This document shows positions 1 to 10,800 of a stretch of DNA of 64,000 bases, one piece after another; positions within the stretch are counted from its first letter, which is position 1; each line of letters opens with the position of its first letter. The notes under the pieces were generated by a model that was not told the origin of the DNA, did not search any database, and saw only the letters and a list, made by a program, of their open reading frames with translations. This DNA is from a virus (Duplodnaviria > Heunggongvirae > Uroviricota > Caudoviricetes), in the IMG/VR virus record IMGVR_UViG_3300025853_000050, one strand, 5' to 3'. The position numbers and the translations under genes were made by a program.

Positions 1-721
1 TTCCTATATTACTCTCATCAATAATTACTTCGGTATTTCCTATTTTTATTACAATTTGAGTATCGGATTCAATAGTTACATTTTGTTCGGAAAATATTCT
101 TAAGTTTCCTGAAACATCAACATCATAATTTCCATCCTGAACTTGTATTCCGTAATCTCCTACCACAAGTTTCAATTCGGTGCCAATTACGCTCTTTACA
201 AAGTTTCCTTCAAAACTCTGATATACATTACCAACATGGTCCGTTATTGATTCTCCGGAAGTAGTACCCATCCCAATTGAATTACTATCTCCGGCCGATG
301 CGATAAGAACGTTCTTACCCATATTTATTTGAGAACCGCCGGACACATTAATGGATTTTCCACCTGTTATTTTACCAGAATCTCCGGAAATATTTTCATG
401 TTTTGTGGAAGAAGTTGATTCAAATACATTACCGTCTACTTGTTTACTCGATCCACCGGCAGTATATTCAAAGCTTTGTCCAGCATTAAATTTAGTCCTA
501 ATTTCTTTTTTATCCGGATGGGAATGAATAGTTTCAAAACTTCCAGAAGCCTCATACCGTTCAACACTACTCTTATCAAGTTCCTTTGGGTTACTATATG
601 AAAATTCATATCTACCAGAAGGATCCCTTTTACCATAAAAATAAGGATACTTTGGAACTATACCACTATCCGGGTCCGCCCACATAGGTATAGGTAAAGT
701 TTTGTTATCATCGGTTGCCAT
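1..721 (-). CDS. virion structural protein, N-terminal part (G/S/N/V-rich beta-helix-like repeats; spike/fibre-like); C-terminus lies beyond window start
   Basis: Manual reverse-strand translation from ATG at 721 is open to position 1 (MATDDNKTLPIPMWADPDSG...VIKIGNTEVIIDESNIG). Absent from the ORF track because no stop occurs in the window. Lies 12 bp downstream of the gp5-like gene. Confidence 0.45.
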   Translation of the reverse strand, partial: MATDDNKTLPIPMWADPDSGIVPKYPYFYGKRDPSGRYEFSYSNPKELDKSSVERYEASGSFETIHSHPDKKEIRTKFNAGQSFEYTAGGSSKQVDGNVFESTSSTKHENISGDSGKITGGKSINVSGGSQINMGKNVLIASAGDSNSIGMGTTSGESITDHVGNVYQSFEGNFVKSVIGTELKLVVGDYGIQVQDGNYDVDVSGNLRIFSEQNVTIESDTQIVIKIGNTEVIIDESNIG

Positions 722-733
722 TTTGCTTCCTTA

Positions 734-2308
734 TCATTCAAATAAACGTATTCCCTCTGATGTCAAGGGGCTTGTATTGGACGAGTTATTTAATTTAGTA
801 GAATATTTATTAATTGCGTTTTTGGTAATTTTTCTCATGTTTTTGGCAATAGAAATCTTTTCTGAAAAATCCTTAATAATCGTTGTGGCTTTATCTGTAT
901 CTATTACCGATCTAGGTAAATGAGTTGATATTTGATTATTGATATTATCGGCCATTGATCCCAATAAGGTTTTTGGTGAACTAGAAGAATAATTCTTGAA
1001 GTTTTTTCCCAAAGATATTTCAATATAGTCAATCTTAATATTACTAATTTCAGCATCGAATATATCTATTAAGATATTCACCGCGAGAGTTTTATTTAAA
1101 AAGTATTCATTCAAGGCATTATATAATCTATCAATACTACGTTGTAATATTTCTTCTTCGGAAGTCTCATAATATGTTTCCCCAAGATTTCTTTTTGTGT
1201 AAAAAATCGTATTAGATTCTGGTTTAATCCATGTTTTATAACCTGGAAATTTTGATCTAGAATAATGATAATAATCTTGTATATACAAATCCGGAACTTT
1301 TGTGACTATATTCCTTTCCGGGATTGTATCGAAGTCAGAATTTACCACTACGTTATACGAAATAGTTTTTAGATTACCTCCGGTTTTTAAATATTCCTCC
1401 GAAAATTGTTCATGAGCATCATTTATTATTTTCTTATATTTCTCACTCAATAATTTTGATTTCGGTCCAGATAAAGCTTTTGTCAAAACATCAATAGTAT
1501 ATTGATACGAATATTGTATGGTGAATAATTTCAATACATTAAAATAAGATTCACTTAACATGTCTAGATGAGATTTTTCCGAATATGCCGCTAACATCAT
1601 ATCCGCCTTTTGTAAATCTTGATATACGTTAGGCAAAATTGGTACTAAACCAACTTCTTCCGAAACCTTCAATATATCCTTACCTGGTTTAGCTGCAGCT
1701 GTACTGGGCCCATCCGCATTTGGGGCATATTTTTCCCTCAAACCAGCAGTACCATTTTCTTCTCTTCCAATATCGCCAGCTGTCGGAGATGCACAATATG
1801 AATTATCAACAAAGGCTTTAATCAAATTATCCCTATTCATAATCAAATTTGCGGCCGGATTTTTGGAAATATTTGGCTTCGGCGAACCATCCGCAGGATC
1901 ATTATATTCAACTAAGGTTCCATCGGACTTAGGTAAAATACCACCAGGAAAATCTGGAGCGGGAGCGCCAATTTTACCGCCACTATTGGGGTCAGCTCCC
2001 ACTTGTGGCCCTTGGGATGAAGGGGTTTCTGCCCTACTAAACGATCCCATAATTATGGGAAATTGTTCGGCTTTATCTTCGGGCATATAACCTATCATTA
2101 CCCTTGAACCCACTGCTAATCCAGTTGGCGTTTCTCCCAATCCACTGGTTGCGGCAGAAGTACTGGATTGGAGTGGAATTGCCCAAGGTAAAGCACTGTC
2201 AGGTGTTAGTTTCTCGTTATCTTGATCGCCATAAGATCTAACCGAAACCCTTCCGGATTGAGAAGGATCATTTTCGATATTCCTTACTTCAGCAAATTTA
2301 AATCTCAT
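734..2308 (-). CDS. gp5-like baseplate central spike/hub protein (N-terminal OB-fold; no lysozyme domain recognised)
   Basis: N-terminus RFKFAEVRNIENDPSQSGRVSVRSYG resembles the gp5/VgrG OB-fold motif (GRVRVR). Sits between the gp27-like gene and the beta-helix-like ORF. Confidence 0.4.
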   Translation of the reverse strand: MRFKFAEVRNIENDPSQSGRVSVRSYGDQDNEKLTPDSALPWAIPLQSSTSAATSGLGETPTGLAVGSRVMIGYMPEDKAEQFPIIMGSFSRAETPSSQGPQVGADPNSGGKIGAPAPDFPGGILPKSDGTLVEYNDPADGSPKPNISKNPAANLIMNRDNLIKAFVDNSYCASPTAGDIGREENGTAGLREKYAPNADGPSTAAAKPGKDILKVSEEVGLVPILPNVYQDLQKADMMLAAYSEKSHLDMLSESYFNVLKLFTIQYSYQYTIDVLTKALSGPKSKLLSEKYKKIINDAHEQFSEEYLKTGGNLKTISYNVVVNSDFDTIPERNIVTKVPDLYIQDYYHYSRSKFPGYKTWIKPESNTIFYTKRNLGETYYETSEEEILQRSIDRLYNALNEYFLNKTLAVNILIDIFDAEISNIKIDYIEISLGKNFKNYSSSSPKTLLGSMADNINNQISTHLPRSVIDTDKATTIIKDFSEKISIAKNMRKITKNAINKYSTKLNNSSNTSPLTSEGIRLFE

Positions 2309-2317
2309 TATATCACC

Positions 2318-3502
2318 TTATGATTTAGGAATTGGGACAACAGCAACATTTTGCACATATCTAGGACTAATTCCTTCGTCTGCTATTTGGTGTTGAATGG
2401 CCGTAACCAAACCTTTCCCTTGAAGTCTATTTGGTGTATCTCCTGGGTCAATATCTATCAAACTCCCCAATTGTATTCCGCCATTACCATAAATTCTTAT
2501 CATACCGTTTACTTCTGAATACTTTGCTAATTCCCATGCTTTTTGTAATTGCGCTTTAACCACATTTGTCTTGTTTTTAGTATTAACCTTATCGTACAAA
2601 ATATTTATATAAACTGGGTTAGGCATTTCAACAGTTCTATCAATTACAGTTGGATCTTCGGGTTTAGTTGCCGGTGCAATTGGACCCATAGTATAAGTCT
2701 GACCAGTTGATAGATTAAATGACTTACCTGACAATTGCCCATCAATTCTTCTTTCCAGGTCAAAGGAAGAATCGACGTTTAAACCCATTATAGAATAAAT
2801 TAAATCTTGCTTAGAAATATTTCCCGTACCGGCATCTGATCTTTTAACGTATTCAAATTGAGGTTTTTGTTGCATCAATTTATTAAAGGTGGTAATTGTA
2901 TAAGAAGCAATCCCATTAACAACAGATTGAAAAAATACATAAAACGCAGAACCGCTAGAACTTGATGATCCAAGACCGTTCAATTTACTTCCAATTGCAT
3001 CTGAAGGTTTATCTAAAGTAAAATTTATTTGTTGAGGGGACGTGGACGAATCCCCAATTATCACATTTTTCGTAGTCCCCAGGTTTCCTTGTAATATACT
3101 TTTTGCAGTTGTGGTACTTGGACCTTCTTTCTTCCCCTGTACTGGATTTTTTAAATTTGCCAAATATTCCGGAGTAACTACTATCAATTCAGAAACTTGA
3201 TATTTTCCGCTACCTTTATTATTTTTGGTGGCGTCGTGCATATTAACATGTTTAAACGGCCTCATGTCAAATACAACTTTATTATTTAAATGATCCGTAA
3301 ATGTTATTATGATTTTATCTTTCTCGTTCCCAGGAAGAAACGCAAAGTTATTAAAAACATCTCTTAAATATATACTTGCCTTTGGGCCAAATGGATCCAA
3401 TATATTTTCTTTAATGTCTATAGACATTATTGGCAGATATTCTCCATTATAAGTAACATCAGCTATACAATCCCCTATACCAATTTCTTTTGTAAACGCC
3501 AT
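2318..3502 (-). CDS. baseplate hub subunit, gp27-like (tentative)
   Basis: 394 aa; size and position immediately upstream of the gp5-like gene, as in T4 27-5 pairing. No motif verified. Confidence 0.35.
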   Translation of the reverse strand: MAFTKEIGIGDCIADVTYNGEYLPIMSIDIKENILDPFGPKASIYLRDVFNNFAFLPGNEKDKIIITFTDHLNNKVVFDMRPFKHVNMHDATKNNKGSGKYQVSELIVVTPEYLANLKNPVQGKKEGPSTTTAKSILQGNLGTTKNVIIGDSSTSPQQINFTLDKPSDAIGSKLNGLGSSSSSGSAFYVFFQSVVNGIASYTITTFNKLMQQKPQFEYVKRSDAGTGNISKQDLIYSIMGLNVDSSFDLERRIDGQLSGKSFNLSTGQTYTMGPIAPATKPEDPTVIDRTVEMPNPVYINILYDKVNTKNKTNVVKAQLQKAWELAKYSEVNGMIRIYGNGGIQLGSLIDIDPGDTPNRLQGKGLVTAIQHQIADEGISPRYVQNVAVVPIPKS

Positions 3503-3505
3503 ATA

Positions 3506-4420
3506 TCAATTTCCCATTAATTCATTAAGTTCTTCTGCGGCTTGTCTGGAAAATTTAGAATCAATCAATCTTATAGTTGAGTTGAATTGATTCTTATTAT
3601 ATTCATATTCATAGTTAGTGACTTCTTTCCAATATACTAATTCTTCTTCCGAAATATTATTAGACACAGAAGATACATCAGTAAAAATTGTATTTGTTTG
3701 ACTTTCTATCCCGTAAATATAACTTGTTGGGAGAACTGAAACATCATCGTCTGTATAGAATGTACCCGATACGTTATTGATGTAAATCATATTATTAGAT
3801 ATAGTAGTTACTTCTCCTTTACCGAATTCTTCTACTTCTGGGTTAAATACAATTTTGCAAACTTCCCCTTCTATGAACGAATTAGAGGAAACTTCATAAG
3901 AAATAACTTTATTTGTATTAGACTTCCAGTCAATTTCCTTTCTTTTATATTGCTTTATATTGTTGAATGCATATTCTGGTTCCCAATACTTTTTCTGAGA
4001 ATCCACTAACGCTTCATAAGAACTTATAGATATCTTTTCCTTAAATTCCCAATCATTTTGATAATGGTGAACCTTTCTCAAAGATTCTTCAATGGAACCA
4101 TATTTTTTTATTAGAAAGTTCTCGAATTCTTCGCTATCCAAAAACCATTCATAATATGGATCAATGATATTATTCGAAAGGTATATTAACCAACTAAAAT
4201 ATGAATCTTTATAATATCTATAACTTAGATGATCCGCTCTTTCCGCATTTGATATATCGTAAGAATAAAAGTTATAAGGATTTTTAGAAATAGTATCAAG
4301 TAGGGTTGTCCTACGGGTTATATCCACAACTTCTGTATTAGAATATTGTATTATTGGAAATTTATCGAAATATTTTTCAGTAATTAATCTATTTGCCATT
4401 TTATTCTCCGAATCCGCCAT
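3506..4420 (-). CDS. baseplate/tail structural protein (unassigned)
   Basis: 304-aa ORF tightly packed in the late structural operon, 4 bp from the next gene. Confidence 0.35.
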   Translation of the reverse strand: MADSENKMANRLITEKYFDKFPIIQYSNTEVVDITRRTTLLDTISKNPYNFYSYDISNAERADHLSYRYYKDSYFSWLIYLSNNIIDPYYEWFLDSEEFENFLIKKYGSIEESLRKVHHYQNDWEFKEKISISSYEALVDSQKKYWEPEYAFNNIKQYKRKEIDWKSNTNKVISYEVSSNSFIEGEVCKIVFNPEVEEFGKGEVTTISNNMIYINNVSGTFYTDDDVSVLPTSYIYGIESQTNTIFTDVSSVSNNISEEELVYWKEVTNYEYEYNKNQFNSTIRLIDSKFSRQAAEELNELMGN

Positions 4421-5222
4421 CTTCTATTCCGACATCGTCAATTCCACCTTGTTGTTGACTTTCCGTAAATTCACCTTGGCTCCAAACGCCAACTTCTTTT
4501 AAATCTAGTCTAAGGGAAGCTAATACCGGAGAACCGTTTTCTACAAATGCCGGGCCAACTGGAGTATGATCAACTGTAACTCCCATAATTGCGCATGGTT
4601 TAAATCGTAACATATTAAACATGTCATTTGGAAATAGATTAATTAACGCCACGTTGGGATATCCCATAGTTGCCGCACCTATAACTGGAGAAGCATTATC
4701 TTTCAATGTATTTACCATATATCTCAAAGTTTTTGATTCTTGCTCTGTTCTCAGTGCAAATGTCCAACTAAATGAAAATTGTCTAAAAAACGGCCTTTGA
4801 AAGTACAAAATCAAATATGGATTTATTTGAAATCCAGTAATGTTTTGAACCGTTGGATTAGCAACAATAGCGGTTCCTGCATTTTTTACGGCATTTTTGA
4901 CCGGGGATTTACCAGCTCCCGTATTTGTATTAAAGCCATTAAAACTTACCGTACTATGTTCGGACCAACCAACAAGTAAACTATCATTGACTTTTTGAGG
5001 AATTGGTAGGTATAACAAATCGGACCCAGTCAATCCAATTTGATTACGCTCTCCGAAACTATATTCCTGAAATCCAATTTGCATATAAAAGTTATTACCC
5101 CCTTCTTCACCATTCAACAATAGATCATTGGGGAGAAATCTTTTCTTTATGATACGATCCGTGTCCAAAGGGGTTGGAAAATTCGTTACAAGAGGTTTGT
5201 TTAAAGTCGGCGCTAATGGCAT
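4401..5222 (-). CDS. baseplate/tail structural protein (unassigned); start taken at MPLAPTLNKP
   Basis: ORF track 4401..5297; internal Met at 5222 preferred because upstream residues overlap the AT-rich divergent promoter region. Confidence 0.35.
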   Translation of the reverse strand: MPLAPTLNKPLVTNFPTPLDTDRIIKKRFLPNDLLLNGEEGGNNFYMQIGFQEYSFGERNQIGLTGSDLLYLPIPQKVNDSLLVGWSEHSTVSFNGFNTNTGAGKSPVKNAVKNAGTAIVANPTVQNITGFQINPYLILYFQRPFFRQFSFSWTFALRTEQESKTLRYMVNTLKDNASPVIGAATMGYPNVALINLFPNDMFNMLRFKPCAIMGVTVDHTPVGPAFVENGSPVLASLRLDLKEVGVWSQGEFTESQQQGGIDDVGIEDGGFGE

Positions 5223-5235
5223 CTCTTTACCTTTA

Positions 5236-5243
5236 TATAAATA
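5236..5243 (+). promoter_or_regulatory. T4-type late promoter TATAAATA
   Basis: Exact TATAAATA about 38 nt upstream of ATG 5281, in the divergent region between the structural operons. Confidence 0.5.
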
Positions 5244-5280
5244 TATTAAATTATTATTTATTAAGTAATCTAGTAGAATT

Positions 5281-5727
5281 ATGTCGAAAAAATACACTCA
5301 AGGTTTTTTTAAACCGAAATATCCAGAAAAATACAAAGGAGATCCAACAAATATTGTTTATCGTTCTGGATATGAGCTTAAATTAATGTTGTATTTAGAC
5401 AATAGAAAGGAAATAATTACTTGGGCGTCGGAAGAACTATCTATTCCATATCGCTCTCCAATTGACAATAAAATACATCGTTATTTTCCAGACTTCATAG
5501 TATCTAAAATAAATAGTAAAGGAATGAAGGAAACCATATTGATTGAAGTGAAGCCATTAAAATTTACAACCGAGCCAAAAAAGAAAGCAAAAATAACAAA
5601 AAGTTATTTGACCGAAGTTAAAAATTGGGGAGTGAATCAAGCAAAATGGGAAGCCGCCGAACAGTATTGTAATGATCGTGGTTGGAGCTTTAAGATTTTC
5701 ACAGAAAAAGAATTAGGTATATTATAA
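5281..5727 (+). CDS. hypothetical virion/assembly protein with PD-(D/E)xK-like motif (RYFPDFIV...ILIEVKP)
   Basis: 148-aa ORF behind a late promoter. The motif is seen in the translation only. Confidence 0.4.
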   Translation: MSKKYTQGFFKPKYPEKYKGDPTNIVYRSGYELKLMLYLDNRKEIITWASEELSIPYRSPIDNKIHRYFPDFIVSKINSKGMKETILIEVKPLKFTTEPKKKAKITKSYLTEVKNWGVNQAKWEAAEQYCNDRGWSFKIFTEKELGIL

Positions 5728-6294
5728 ATGTCAAAGAATACGAATTTTCAAGATTTACTTAACAAATCGTCTTACGAACTACAAGAACAAAGAAAATCTG
5801 CAATCAATTGGATTCGAGACTTAATTTTAAAATTAAAAACCGCAACTACAAGAAACCCACAAGCCAAATCATTTCAAAAAGTAGGATTTCCGGAACTAGG
5901 TAGAATGTATTTATATTCATATGATCCAAAATATAAACATATATTGCCTTATTATGATGCATTTCCATTGGTTATTCCGATTGAATATTATGCCAATGGT
6001 TTCTTGGGTATAAATTTACACTACTTACCAGAAACAATGAGGATTGCACTTCTTCAAGAATTAAGTAAAATAACTAACAATAATAAATTTGACAAAACCA
6101 CTAAAATAAATGTAACTTATAGAATGCTTAAACAAATGTCAACTAGATTTGATGGAATTGACGGGTGTATAAAAAGATATTTATATAGTCATGTAAAAAG
6201 TAAATTTCAATTAGTAGCTCCTTCTGAATGGTCTAAAGTAGCAGTGTTACCATTACAACGTTGGATTTATAACAGTAGTAAAAGAAAAAGATAA
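5728..6294 (+). CDS. hypothetical structural/assembly protein
   Basis: 188-aa ORF translationally coupled (TAAATG) to the previous gene. Confidence 0.4.
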   Translation: MSKNTNFQDLLNKSSYELQEQRKSAINWIRDLILKLKTATTRNPQAKSFQKVGFPELGRMYLYSYDPKYKHILPYYDAFPLVIPIEYYANGFLGINLHYLPETMRIALLQELSKITNNNKFDKTTKINVTYRMLKQMSTRFDGIDGCIKRYLYSHVKSKFQLVAPSEWSKVAVLPLQRWIYNSSKRKR

Positions 6295-6923
6295 TGGGAT
6301 TTAACCTAAACAATTTTAAATCTAATATAAGCGGATATGGCTATTTAAAACCTCATGCATTTGAGGTTGCATTATCAATTCCGCCAATATTACAAAATAA
6401 AAAACTAGAAAGTTATGATGGAACTGAAAAGTCCCTCTTTAATGTAACCAATGACATATTACGATATAGAATTGATCAAGTAAAAATACCTGGGGTTTCT
6501 TTACTTTCCGCTGAAGTACAAAGATTCGGATTTGGTCCAACCCAAAAGATCCCATTCAATTCATATTATCACGATACAACTTTTTCTATCTTATTAGATA
6601 AAAAGGCCGATCTATTACATTTTTGGTATGATTGGATGAGAACTATATTTGAATTTAATGGTTCGGAATCCGGAATTAGAATACCAAAATATGTTTCAAA
6701 ATATAAAAGTGAATACACAAGTACCATGCAAATATTTTTATATGACCAGGTCGGAAATATTGTTAAAAAGATAAATCTATACGAAGCATTCCCTTCTTCT
6801 TTGTTGGAAATGCCATTAGCATGGAACGATAAAGGCGATTTAATACGCCTTGCAACCTCAATAACTTATTCTCAGTTTACCATAGAAGGCGGTGGATTGA
6901 AAGATCCTTTAGTGACTTATTAA
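6294..6923 (+). CDS. tail tube family protein (gp19/gp48/gp54-like)
   Basis: YLKPHAFEVALSIPP resembles the gp19-family N-terminal motif (PNLFQVEI). Start overlaps the previous stop (ATAATG). Confidence 0.4.
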   Translation: MGFNLNNFKSNISGYGYLKPHAFEVALSIPPILQNKKLESYDGTEKSLFNVTNDILRYRIDQVKIPGVSLLSAEVQRFGFGPTQKIPFNSYYHDTTFSILLDKKADLLHFWYDWMRTIFEFNGSESGIRIPKYVSKYKSEYTSTMQIFLYDQVGNIVKKINLYEAFPSSLLEMPLAWNDKGDLIRLATSITYSQFTIEGGGLKDPLVTY

Positions 6924-6965
6924 ATAAATTGATTTTGATTATACTAAACTTTTAATGGAGTAATT

Positions 6966-7670
6966 ATGTTACCAAAAATTGAACACCCTATTCATACTAT
7001 AAAAATTCCATCTATGGATAAAGAATTTAAATTTCGACCTTTCTTAGTTAAAGAAGAAAAACTTCTGTTAATTGCAAAAGAAAGTGAAGAGCCAACTGAT
7101 ATATTAGTTGCTATTAAACAAATTGTCACGAATTGCTGCCTTGATGAATTAGATACAGACGAATTGACTATCTTTGATTTGGAATATACATTTTTGAAAA
7201 TTAGATCGTTTTCGGTTGATAATATTGTTAATATTTCATTCCGAGATGTAGATGACGGGCAATTATATGATTTTGAAATAGATCTTGATACGATAAAAGT
7301 TGTTTTCCCGAAACAAAACGATCCAAATATTAAAATAGATGATAATTCCGGATTTATAATGAAATACCCATCAGCAGCCCTTTATAGTGATGATACATTT
7401 TTGGATATTGAAAAAGAACATATGTTTGAACTTATTATTCGTTGTGTAAAACAAATTTATAATGGAGATGAGGTCTATGATTCTGAAGATTTATCACCAG
7501 AAGAAATTGGAGATTTTCTCGAAGCATTGGATCTAAAAACTTTCTCAAAGGTTCAGGAATTTCTATCAAATTCGCCCACTATGAAGCACGAATTGTTTTA
7601 CACAGATTCATCTGGTATTGATAAGAAAATCGTACTTAGGTCACTAAACGATTTTTTCTCTTGGCGCTGA
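6966..7670 (+). CDS. acidic hypothetical baseplate-assembly protein
   Basis: 234-aa acidic ORF with an RBS (GGAGTAATTATG). Confidence 0.35.
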   Translation: MLPKIEHPIHTIKIPSMDKEFKFRPFLVKEEKLLLIAKESEEPTDILVAIKQIVTNCCLDELDTDELTIFDLEYTFLKIRSFSVDNIVNISFRDVDDGQLYDFEIDLDTIKVVFPKQNDPNIKIDDNSGFIMKYPSAALYSDDTFLDIEKEHMFELIIRCVKQIYNGDEVYDSEDLSPEEIGDFLEALDLKTFSKVQEFLSNSPTMKHELFYTDSSGIDKKIVLRSLNDFFSWR

Positions 7671-7840
7671 GTCATAATAACTTGGAAAATTACTTTAAAG
7701 TAAATTTTGCAATGGCTCAGCATCATAAATATTCAATAAGTGAATTAGAGAATATGGTCCCATTTGAACGGGATATTTATGTAGAATTGTTAAAATCATT
7801 TATTGAAAAGAAATCATCAAATTAACGGAAAGATATAGCA

Positions 7841-10800
7841 TTGAATTTCAGAGAAGCGGCTTCAGAAAAAGGTATTGGTGGAGATTTAGGTCAATTTATG
7901 CCTAATTCACAAAACGATGATCTTAATATTGATTCCCAAATCAATGCCATAGAACGTAACAATATACAAACCTTGGGTGGTATTAAAACCAATAATTCTT
8001 TAACTCAACAAAATATACGGTTACAAAAAGAAATATCTCAATCGTTAAAAACCCTAAATTCATTCCTCGAACAATCTAGATCATCGTTTAAATCCTATGG
8101 GAATATGTCTAGTTACGGAAGGCCGACACCACCAAAAGGACCAAGCGCCGGTGCCTCTCCAAACGTATCATCATCAACATTAGCATCGGATTCTGCTTCT
8201 TCATTAAATACCAGTCTGTCTGCTATCAATAAATATATGAAGTCGATGACTTCAGCTTCACCAACATATACCCAAACTTCTGGAATTGGGTATGGAGGAA
8301 GTCAACTTTTCCATCAACCTACTGCAACAGGGGGGGATATTGGTGGTATGTTTGGATCAATGTTAAAAAAGCCTATATTTGCAGGTTTAGCAGCCGCCGC
8401 TCTTGCTGCAAACGCTGCGGGGGCTAGTAGGGCCACTTTATCAAATACAAAAAACGCGCATACATCTACTAATGGTCTTATTCCAAAGGCTGGTCCAGCT
8501 GGACAAGCTTTAGACGCCGCTGTTAATGTTTTACAACAATTTTCACCCAGTAATGTTTCAGAAAATTCTGATTCTTCTGTATCTTCAGGGTCAGCTGATT
8601 TTACCAGTAATGTGTTAAAAGAAATACAAGAAAGATTTGGATCTAGCGGCGATATGCCTATAACGCAGACTCCTCAGTCTCCTTCTCAAACTTCTCTAAC
8701 AACACCAGCCGCACAAAATATCGAGCAACTTGCTAAGAATTTAGGTCTACCAACAGGTTATAACTGGCCCCCTGGTTTGTTAACTGAGGCATCATCCGAC
8801 CCTACGCTACAGTTCGTATTACAGAATAGTGGCGAAGCTGTTATAAAAAGTTTTATAAATAGATACAATACTGAACATCCGAATCAACCAACTTCTTCTC
8901 AAGCTCCCCCAACAACACCAGCCGCACAAACAACAAATACAATTCAACCAAATCAAATGCCGGCCGAGATTCGAGATCCATTCAAAAGAGATAGATTTAG
9001 AGAAGAACTTAAAGATCCCAAAGTTCTTAAAAGATTGCAGGCATTGACTTTATCAGAAGTGGGATATAAAGATAAAGAAACCCAAATGGGATTAATAGAA
9101 ACTTTAATGAATAGGGTTAATGCTCACCCTGGAACTTATAGTTCGTTAATGGATGCAATGGGAAGCGGAAATAGTAGCTATTACGCTCCATTTCACTCGG
9201 GTGGAAAGTTTAATCAAAATTATAATAAATTAATGGGCGATCCTGCGTTACAAGCCCAAATGGATAAAATTGTAGAACAAGTATTAGCTGGTTCAAATTA
9301 TAGTAATTTCGGAACTCAAAACTCTTCTGGATCTGTTGCAGCAAGTGCAGCAAGAAGCCAAACTATTACCGGAACTGGTAAAGTGTATAACTCGAAAGAA
9401 ACTTGGAGTAGAAAAGATAGATCAGAATATTCTAATATACATGGAGCTGGTATAGTTAGAGAAGAACAAGCTTGGCTCGAAAAAACCAAAAAAGCTTATG
9501 CTGCTTATCAAAAATGGATTGCGGAAAATGGTGAAGTTTCCTCTACAATCACATCGCCTACGCAACAAAGCCAACAAATACCTTCAACGAAAAAAACACA
9601 ACCGGTTTTATCATTATTTGAACAAACCAAAAAAACAGGAGTTACCGAAACCTCTCAAAAGGTTGTTGGTACAAAGTTTTATCCTTATGGAAAGCCCGGA
9701 GGGGCTCAACTTAATGTCGATAAATTTGGAAGAATTACGCCAATAACTGGAGCATTATCATATATAACACCAAAAGGAAATGTTCAAGGTATTACTTCCG
9801 GAGCTTTTGATATTAGGCGAACAGCGACCGGCGGAACCCGCAAACACTATGGAGTTGATATGTATGCAATTGACCCAGTAACTAATAGGTTACTTATTGG
9901 TCAAAATGCGCCTATTTTTGCACCAGTTAACGGAAAAATAATTCAAGCTTCAAGTAGTGTTTCCCCAAAGGCTGGAAAAGTTATTAAGATAAAAGGAAAG
10001 GATGGGATCGTATACCGTTTCCTACACACCGGTGGTCCGATAATAAACCCAAATACTGGTAAACCATATAAAGTAGGAGATGATGTAACTCAAGGAGATC
10101 AAATTTCTACTGTAACCGGAAGTGGAACTTATTTTGGAAGAGCAGCGCAAAAAAGGTATGGTGAATATTTAGATGCATTTGAAAGATCATTTGGAAAAGA
10201 AAAATTAACTACCGAAAAAAAACAAGAAATATATCAAAGGGCGCTAGATGACACTGTTAAATTTCTTGACGAAAATGGATGGGGAGAAATAACCGCTCCA
10301 CACTTACATTTTGAAACTAAAGAATACGGAGGAGGACTCTTAGATCCAGCTAGTGTATTTGATTTTATTAAAGATTTAGAAAGAGGATACACTAAAGCTA
10401 AATCTACACTCTTTTCGGCATTCCAAGCCGAAGATATGGTAGATATGAAACTACAAGAACCTGCTGTAGCAACTACAGGCAAAGGTTCTCCTAATTTTGC
10501 AATGGTGGTCCAAATCGCACCTGGTACTGGAAAAAGAGCTAAAACGCAAGAACAAATTGAAGAATTAATACAAACAAATATCAAAAAAAGTGGAAAAGAT
10601 TTCACAAAGGTATTTATACTCCCGCACTTCAGCGAAAAAGAAGCAAAAATGTATATTAATGCTGCCAAAGCAAAGGGAGTTGATTTTGTAGTATTGGGCC
10701 GTGAAGGTCACAAAATGTCAAAAGATTTTATGGAATTCCTAGAATCAAATGACGTAAAAAAAGAAAATATTGTCACATTTAAGGCCGAAGGCTTAAACAA

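Noticed and set aside
702-923. ORF 702..923 (+), 1863..2090 (+) and similar short plus-strand ORFs inside minus-strand structural genes
   Set aside because: Fully overlapped by longer, better-supported minus-strand genes.
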